DNA of 32,000 nt from positions 2,400,001 to 2,432,000 of the forward strand of contig NC_016803.1 in assembly GCF_000189295.2 (NCBI RefSeq). Reading direction: 5' to 3'. Each line of letters begins with the position of its first letter. Position 1 is the stretch's first letter. Positions 27,143 to 32,000 of this stretch are shown one piece after another. Source of the stretch: Pseudodesulfovibrio mercurii. Lineage in GTDB: Bacteria > Desulfobacterota > Desulfovibrionia > Desulfovibrionales > Desulfovibrionaceae. The translations under genes were made by a program, and so were the position numbers. Under the pieces are notes generated by a model. The model made no database searches, was not told the origin of the DNA, and saw only the letters and a program-made list of their open reading frames with translations.

Positions 27143-28750
27143 ATGTTTTGTTACCAATGCGAACAAGCCGCCAACGGCGGTTGTACCAAGATCGGCGTGT
27201 GCGGCAAGACCGATTCCACCGCGACCCTCCAGGACCTCCTCCTCCACCTGACCAAAGGTCTCTCCCAGGTGGCCTGCGCCGCCCGCGAACAGGGCATCGA
27301 GGACCCCGAGGTCAACCGCTTCACGGTCAAGGCGGTCTTCTCCACCCTGACCAACGTGAATTTCGACGACGCCCGGTTCGTCGCCCTGATCAACGAATGC
27401 GTGGTCCTGCGCGAAGCGCTCAAGGCACGGCTCTCCGGCGTCGCCTTCGACGGCCCGGCCGCGCTGGTCCCCGCCCTCAACACCCTGGGCCTGATCGAGC
27501 AGGGCCGCCGGGTCGGCATCGAGCACGACCCCGAGCCCGACCCGGACATCAAGTCCCTCAAGCACACCCTGACCTACGGCCTCAAGGGCGTGGCCGCCTA
27601 CGCCGACCACGCGGCCATCCTCGGCAGGGAGGACAACGAACTCTACGCCAAGATCCAGTCCCTGCTGGCCGCCACCCTGGCCACGGACCTGACCCTGGAA
27701 CAGGCCGTGGAGGCCGGGCTCGAGTGCGGGCGCATCAACATCCGGGCCATGGAGCTGCTGGACGACGCCAACACCTCCACCTACGGCCACCCCGTGCCGA
27801 CCGAGGTCAAGCTCGGCCCCACCGCGGGCAAGGCCATCCTGGTCTCGGGCCACGACCTCAAGGACCTCGAAACCCTGCTCAAGCAGACCCAGGGCACGGG
27901 CATCAACGTCTACACCCACGGCGAGATGTTGCCCTGCCACGGCTATCCCGAGCTGCACAAGTACCCGCACCTGGCCGGGCACTACGGCACCGCCTGGCAG
28001 AACCAGCGCAAGGAGTTCGCCGCCTTCCCCGGGGCCATCCTGATGACCACCAACTGCATCCAGGACCCCAAACACTACATCGAGAACATCTTCACCACCG
28101 GCCTGGTGGGCTGGCCCGGCGCGGTCCACGTCAAGAACGACGACTTCACCCCGGTCATCGAGCGCGCCCTGGCCATGCCCGGCTTCGCCGGGGACGAGGA
28201 CAAGGGGTCGGTCCTGACCGGCTTCGCCCGCAACGCGGTCCTGTCCGTGGCCGACAAGGTCATCGACGCGGTCAAGTCCGGCGACATCCGCCACTTCTTC
28301 CTGGTGGGCGGCTGCGACGGGGCCAAGCCCGGCCGCAACTACTACACCGAGTTCGTGGAGCAGGCCCCGGCCGACACGGTCATCCTGACGCTCGCCTGCG
28401 GCAAGTTCCGCTTCTTCGACAAGCAGCTCGGCGACATCGGCGGCATCCCGCGCCTGCTCGACATCGGCCAGTGCAACGACGCCTACTCCGCCGTGCAGAT
28501 CGCCCTGGCCCTGGCCAAGGCCTTCGACTGCGGGGTCAACGACCTGCCTCTCTCCCTGGTCCTGTCCTGGTACGAGCAGAAGGCCGTGGCCATCCTCCTG
28601 TCCCTGCTGGCGCTGGGCATCAGGAACATCAAGCTCGGCCCTTCCCTGCCGTCCTTCATCACCCCCAACGTCCTCCACTACCTGGTGGACAACTACAACA
28701 TCGCCCCCATCTCCACCCCCGAGGCCGACCTGGCCGAACTCCTGGGCTAG
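27143..28750 (+). CDS. hcp: Hybrid cluster protein (hydroxylamine reductase)
   Basis: N-terminal Cys motif MFCYQCEQAANGGCTKIGVCGK. Length 535 aa. Downstream Cys motifs include GGCDG and LACGKF. RBS AAGGAG. Confidence 0.95.
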   Translation: MFCYQCEQAANGGCTKIGVCGKTDSTATLQDLLLHLTKGLSQVACAAREQGIEDPEVNRFTVKAVFSTLTNVNFDDARFVALINECVVLREALKARLSGVAFDGPAALVPALNTLGLIEQGRRVGIEHDPEPDPDIKSLKHTLTYGLKGVAAYADHAAILGREDNELYAKIQSLLAATLATDLTLEQAVEAGLECGRINIRAMELLDDANTSTYGHPVPTEVKLGPTAGKAILVSGHDLKDLETLLKQTQGTGINVYTHGEMLPCHGYPELHKYPHLAGHYGTAWQNQRKEFAAFPGAILMTTNCIQDPKHYIENIFTTGLVGWPGAVHVKNDDFTPVIERALAMPGFAGDEDKGSVLTGFARNAVLSVADKVIDAVKSGDIRHFFLVGGCDGAKPGRNYYTEFVEQAPADTVILTLACGKFRFFDKQLGDIGGIPRLLDIGQCNDAYSAVQIALALAKAFDCGVNDLPLSLVLSWYEQKAVAILLSLLALGIRNIKLGPSLPSFITPNVLHYLVDNYNIAPISTPEADLAELLG

Positions 28751-28759
28751 ACGAAACGC

Positions 28760-28790
28760 GGCCCGCCGGTACCGACCGGCGGGCCGTTTT
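28760..28790 (+). terminator. Intrinsic terminator of hcp
   Basis: GGCCCGCCGGT (28760-28770) pairs with ACCGGCGGGCC (28775-28785), loop ACCG, then TTTT. Confidence 0.8.
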
Positions 28791-28796
28791 CCACGG

Positions 28797-28888
28797 CCGT
28801 CCGCCATTTCGCCCGATCTCCCGTCCGACCGTCCGTCCCGTTTTCCGTCCCACCCGCCGTCCGACTTCCGCCTCCCGGCCATCCGTCG
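28797..28888 (+). repeat. C-rich tract with five CCGTCC copies plus one CCGTCG
   Basis: CCGTCC starts at 28797, 28821, 28829, 28845 and 28857; CCGTCG starts at 28883. All copies are on the same strand. Confidence 0.7.
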
Positions 28889-28993
28889 GCCGGCCGTGCG
28901 CGCGGCTGGCGTCCGCATCCCCGGTGTGCTAGCCTGGATCGGCCGCGCCCGGTTTCCGGGCCAGGCCGAACCCCAACCCTACAGGAGCAGACA

Positions 28994-29341
28994 ATGAAGG
29001 TTATCCGCTATACCGACGTGGACCCCGTGGAACTGAAGGTGGCCGGACCGGGCGTGACCGGCCGGGTGGTCATCGGCAAGGCAGACGACGACGTGAACTT
29101 CTGCATGCGGGTCATCGAGCTCGAACCCGGTGCGCAGATCCCGCCCCATGCCCACCCGTGGGAGCACCAGCAGTTCTACCACGCGGGCACCGGCTACGTG
29201 GTCAGGGACGGCGAGAAGCTGCCCCTCGGCCCCGGCAGCGTGGTCTACGTGGCCCCGGACGAGGTCCACCACGTGGTCAACACCGGCGACACCCCCATGG
29301 TCCTGGTCTGCCTCATCCCCAAGGGCGTGCCCGAAATCTAG
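28994..29341 (+). CDS. Cupin-domain protein
   Basis: Cupin motifs IPPHAHPWEHQQFYHAGTG and VYVAPDEVHHVVNTG. RBS AGGAG 5 nt upstream. Confidence 0.85.
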   Translation: MKVIRYTDVDPVELKVAGPGVTGRVVIGKADDDVNFCMRVIELEPGAQIPPHAHPWEHQQFYHAGTGYVVRDGEKLPLGPGSVVYVAPDEVHHVVNTGDTPMVLVCLIPKGVPEI

Positions 29342-29461
29342 GACGCCGCCCCGAGTGATCCGAGGGGCCGGTCCGGACGGGATGCCCGGTCCGGCCCAGG
29401 GATCATTTGATTTTCCTCCGGGAATGGGGAATATCTCAAGAAGCATCAACGCAGAGAGGAC

Positions 29462-30700
29462 ATGGACATGGAACGACTGGCGGGGCGCGACGACGCGGTC
29501 CTGACGATTCTCAAGATCACGGACGAGGTCAACCAGCTCAAGGACGTGGACACCATCCTGGACAAGATTCTCTACGAGTCCAGGCAGTTCTCCGGGGCCG
29601 ACGCCGGGTCCATCTACCTGGTGGAGGACGACCGGCTGATCTTCAGCTACGTCCAGAACGACACCCTGTTCAAGGCCGAGGCCGCCAACGCCGCCCTGTA
29701 CCAGAACTTCGGCATCCCCATCGGCGACCAGTCCATCGTGGGCTACGTGGCCAAGACCCGGCGGAGCCTGGCCATCGACGACGCCTACGAGCTCGACCCG
29801 ACCCTGCCCTTCTCCTTCAACAAGTCCTTTGACGAGAAGTCCGGCTTCCGGACCACCAGCATGCTGACCATCCCGCTCATCGCCCAGGAGAGCCGCCTGG
29901 TCGGGGTCATGCAGCTGATCAACGCCAAGAACGAGTCCGGCGCGGTGGTGCCCTTCTCCGACGCGGCCAGGACCTACATCCCGCTGTTCTGCAACAACGC
30001 GGCCGTGGCCATCGAACGCGGCATCATGAACCGCGAGCTCATCCTGCGCATGATGCAGATGGCCGAGCTGCGCGACCCCTCGGAGACCGGGGCCCACGTC
30101 CAGCGGGTGGGCGCGTACTGCGCCGAGATCTACGGCACCTGGGCCGCCCGCCGGGGCCATTCGGCAAAGGAGATCAAGCGGACCCGCGACAACCTGCGCC
30201 TGGCCGCCATGCTCCACGACGTGGGCAAGGTCGGCATCTCCGACGCCATCCTCAAAAAGCCCGCCAAGCTGACCGCCGAGGAATACGACATCATGAAATG
30301 GCACACGGTCTACGGGGCCCGGCTCTTCCGGAACCAGACCTCGGAGCTGGACCGCATGTCCATGGAGATCGCCCTGTGCCACCACGAAAAATGGGCGGCA
30401 CCCGGCTACCCCTCCATCCCCCTGGACCAGGTCTGGCACGAGTCCCCGGACCTGGGCGGCGCCGTCCTCAACGGCGAGGACATCCCCCTGTCCGCGCGCA
30501 TCTGCGCCGTGGCCGACGTGTACGACGCCCTGGCCTCGCCCCGGTCCTACAAGGACCCCTTCCCGGACGAGAAGTGCCTGGACATACTGGAGAAGGACGC
30601 GGGCACCCACTTCGACCCCGAGGTCGTGGAAATCTTCCTGGAGATCTTCGACGTGATCAAGGCCATCCGCGACAAGTGGGTGGAGGTCCGGGAAAAGTAG
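29462..30700 (+). CDS. GAF-domain + HD-GYP-type phosphohydrolase (variant motif)
   Basis: The GAF-like N-terminal half contains ILYESRQFSGADAGSIYLVEDDRLIF. It is followed by AMLHDVGKVGISDAIL and HHEKWAAPGYP. An alternative ATG lies at 29468. Confidence 0.85.
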   Translation: MDMERLAGRDDAVLTILKITDEVNQLKDVDTILDKILYESRQFSGADAGSIYLVEDDRLIFSYVQNDTLFKAEAANAALYQNFGIPIGDQSIVGYVAKTRRSLAIDDAYELDPTLPFSFNKSFDEKSGFRTTSMLTIPLIAQESRLVGVMQLINAKNESGAVVPFSDAARTYIPLFCNNAAVAIERGIMNRELILRMMQMAELRDPSETGAHVQRVGAYCAEIYGTWAARRGHSAKEIKRTRDNLRLAAMLHDVGKVGISDAILKKPAKLTAEEYDIMKWHTVYGARLFRNQTSELDRMSMEIALCHHEKWAAPGYPSIPLDQVWHESPDLGGAVLNGEDIPLSARICAVADVYDALASPRSYKDPFPDEKCLDILEKDAGTHFDPEVVEIFLEIFDVIKAIRDKWVEVREK

Positions 30701-30704
30701 GCCC

Positions 30705-31616
30705 ATGACCATATCCGACATGAAACTGTACGACTTCGTCGATCCGGTGGACGCCGAGTGCGTCCGGCGGGAGACCGAGGACCTCATGCGGGCGCTCTTT
30801 CCCGACTGCGACGCCACCCTGTTCCGCACCGCCTTCGCCGACGTGGAGGACCTGTTCGCGGGCCGCTACCCCGGCTACCGGGCGAGCAACACCCGCTACC
30901 ACAACTTCGAGCACACCTGCTCCGTGGTCCTGGCCTCGGCCCGCCTGCTCTACGGGGCCATGGTCCAGGGCGAGCCCCTGACCGAGGCCGACTGCCTCAA
31001 GGGACTGCTGGCCTCGCTCTTCCACGACGTGGGCCTCATCCAGGACGTGGACGACACCCGGGGCACCGGGGCCAAGCACACCGTGGGCCACGAGGAGCGG
31101 TCCATCCTGTTCATGCGCGGCTACCTGGACAACGTCCTGTCCGAACAGGACATCGAGGACATCGCCGACTGCATCCGCTGCACCATCCTGGCCATGCCGC
31201 CCTCCAGGATCGCCTTCCGCACCGAGACCATGCGCCTGATGGGCTACTTCACCGGCACCGCCGACCTGCTGGCCCAGATCGCGGACCGCTACTACCTGGA
31301 AAAGCTCCTCCTGCTCTTCGAGGAATTCAAGGAGGCCAGGCTGCCCGGCTACGACAGCGCCTTCGACCTGGTGATCAAGACCCGCTCCTTCTACAAGGAC
31401 GTGGCCCGCCCGCGGCTGGACCGCGAATTCAAGGGCGTGGACCGCCACATGCTCGCCTACTTCCGGTCCTGGCGCAACGTGGACAAGGACCTCTACCGGG
31501 AGGCCATCGACCGCAACCTGGCCTACCTGGACAAGATACTGGCCGAATGCAATGCGAACCTGGACGAATTCGTGGCCAGACTCCGCCGCAGCAACAACCA
31601 GGAACCGCTCTGCTGA
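30705..31616 (+). CDS. HD-superfamily phosphohydrolase with class-I-PDE-like motif series
   Basis: Motifs YHNFEH (aa 65-70), FHDVG (106-110), GHEE (128-131) and TADL (184-187). It starts 4 nt after the upstream stop. Confidence 0.7.
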   Translation: MTISDMKLYDFVDPVDAECVRRETEDLMRALFPDCDATLFRTAFADVEDLFAGRYPGYRASNTRYHNFEHTCSVVLASARLLYGAMVQGEPLTEADCLKGLLASLFHDVGLIQDVDDTRGTGAKHTVGHEERSILFMRGYLDNVLSEQDIEDIADCIRCTILAMPPSRIAFRTETMRLMGYFTGTADLLAQIADRYYLEKLLLLFEEFKEARLPGYDSAFDLVIKTRSFYKDVARPRLDREFKGVDRHMLAYFRSWRNVDKDLYREAIDRNLAYLDKILAECNANLDEFVARLRRSNNQEPLC

Positions 31617-31671
31617 CGGCCGCCGTCCGGCCGCCCCTGTTCCGCCGGGCCACCAAGGGAGACGACAACGC

Positions 31672-32000
31672 ATGAACCGCGACACCCAGGCCTTCGAATC
31701 CATGTTCATCGCCCGCCAGCCGGTCTTCACGCCCGACGAGTCCGTGTGGGGATACGAACTGCTCTTCCGCACCGGCCGCGACAACGTGGCCGTGATCGGC
31801 GACGAGTCCCAGGCCACGGCCTCGGTCATCGCCGACGGCCTGACCCTGGCCACCGATGGCATGGACCAGGCCGCCCGCATCCTCATCAACTTCCCGGAAA
31901 AACTGCTCGTGGAAGACGCCGGGTTCGCCCTGCCCAAGGACCGCTGCGTGGTCGAGATCCTGGAGAACGTCCGGCCGAGCAGGGCCGCCCTGGCCGCCAC
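31672..32000 (+). CDS. EAL-like / HDOD-type signalling protein (YuxH-like), 3' end cut by window edge
   Basis: This ORF is not in the supplied track because no stop is reached. ATG 31672 opens a frame that stays open to base 32000. The N-terminus is MNRDTQAFESMFIARQPVFTPDESVWGYELLFR. RBS AAGGGAG. Confidence 0.65.
   Translation, partial: MNRDTQAFESMFIARQPVFTPDESVWGYELLFRTGRDNVAVIGDESQATASVIADGLTLATDGMDQAARILINFPEKLLVEDAGFALPKDRCVVEILENVRPSRAALAA

Noticed and set aside
29360-29400. GC-rich hairpin (GGGCCGG...CCGGCCC) after the cupin gene as a terminator
   Set aside because: The stem is imperfect and no adjacent U-run follows. The downstream gene appears co-oriented and is likely co-transcribed.

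Overview
High-GC bacterial chromosomal window. Hand counts of 60-nt lines give 42/60 G+C at 8101, against 23-31/60 inside one islet. Gene content (hcp, Fe-ADH, many PAS kinases, HD-GYP proteins) suggests a Desulfovibrionales-like sulfate reducer; this is inference, as no rRNA or other marker gene is present. I support about 31 CDS. In order they are: a HisKA_3 kinase and NarL-type regulator pair, two tandem HSP20 genes, a divergent MocR/LysE pair, fumC, rlmB, and an MltD-like LysM lytic transglycosylase. Next come an HD-GYP protein, an orphan family-3 solute-binding protein, a VOC-KdsC fusion, a lipoprotein SNase nuclease and an MBL hydrolase. A roughly 3-kb islet follows (about 14.4-17.4 kb), then a Dus-family enzyme and a cyclase-family protein. 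A five-gene minus-strand array comes next (PhzF, VOC, hybrid kinase, Fe-ADH, PAS kinase). The window ends with hcp and a cupin / GAF-HD-GYP / HD / EAL-HDOD cluster. I found no rRNA, tRNA, CRISPR array, integrase or transposase. Two things stand out. (1) The islet carries a phage-type major-capsid-like gene, an 81-aa gene and a 279-aa low-complexity protein gene. No portal, terminase, protease, tail or integrase gene occurs anywhere in the 32 kb, so this is either a domesticated capsid or nanocompartment-like module or a prophage remnant. (2) A 173-nt rod-shaped fold sits at 9961-10133 between convergent genes. All of its non-Watson-Crick transition pairs are G-U on the plus strand, and its apical loop is GCUUGC, which points to a structured RNA or a transcribed palindromic repeat. 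Family calls come from motifs read in the translated ORFs and from memory. No database search was run, and start codons were chosen by Shine-Dalgarno inspection. The many long Arg/Gly/Pro/Ala-rich ORFs antisense to real genes are treated as high-GC artefacts.
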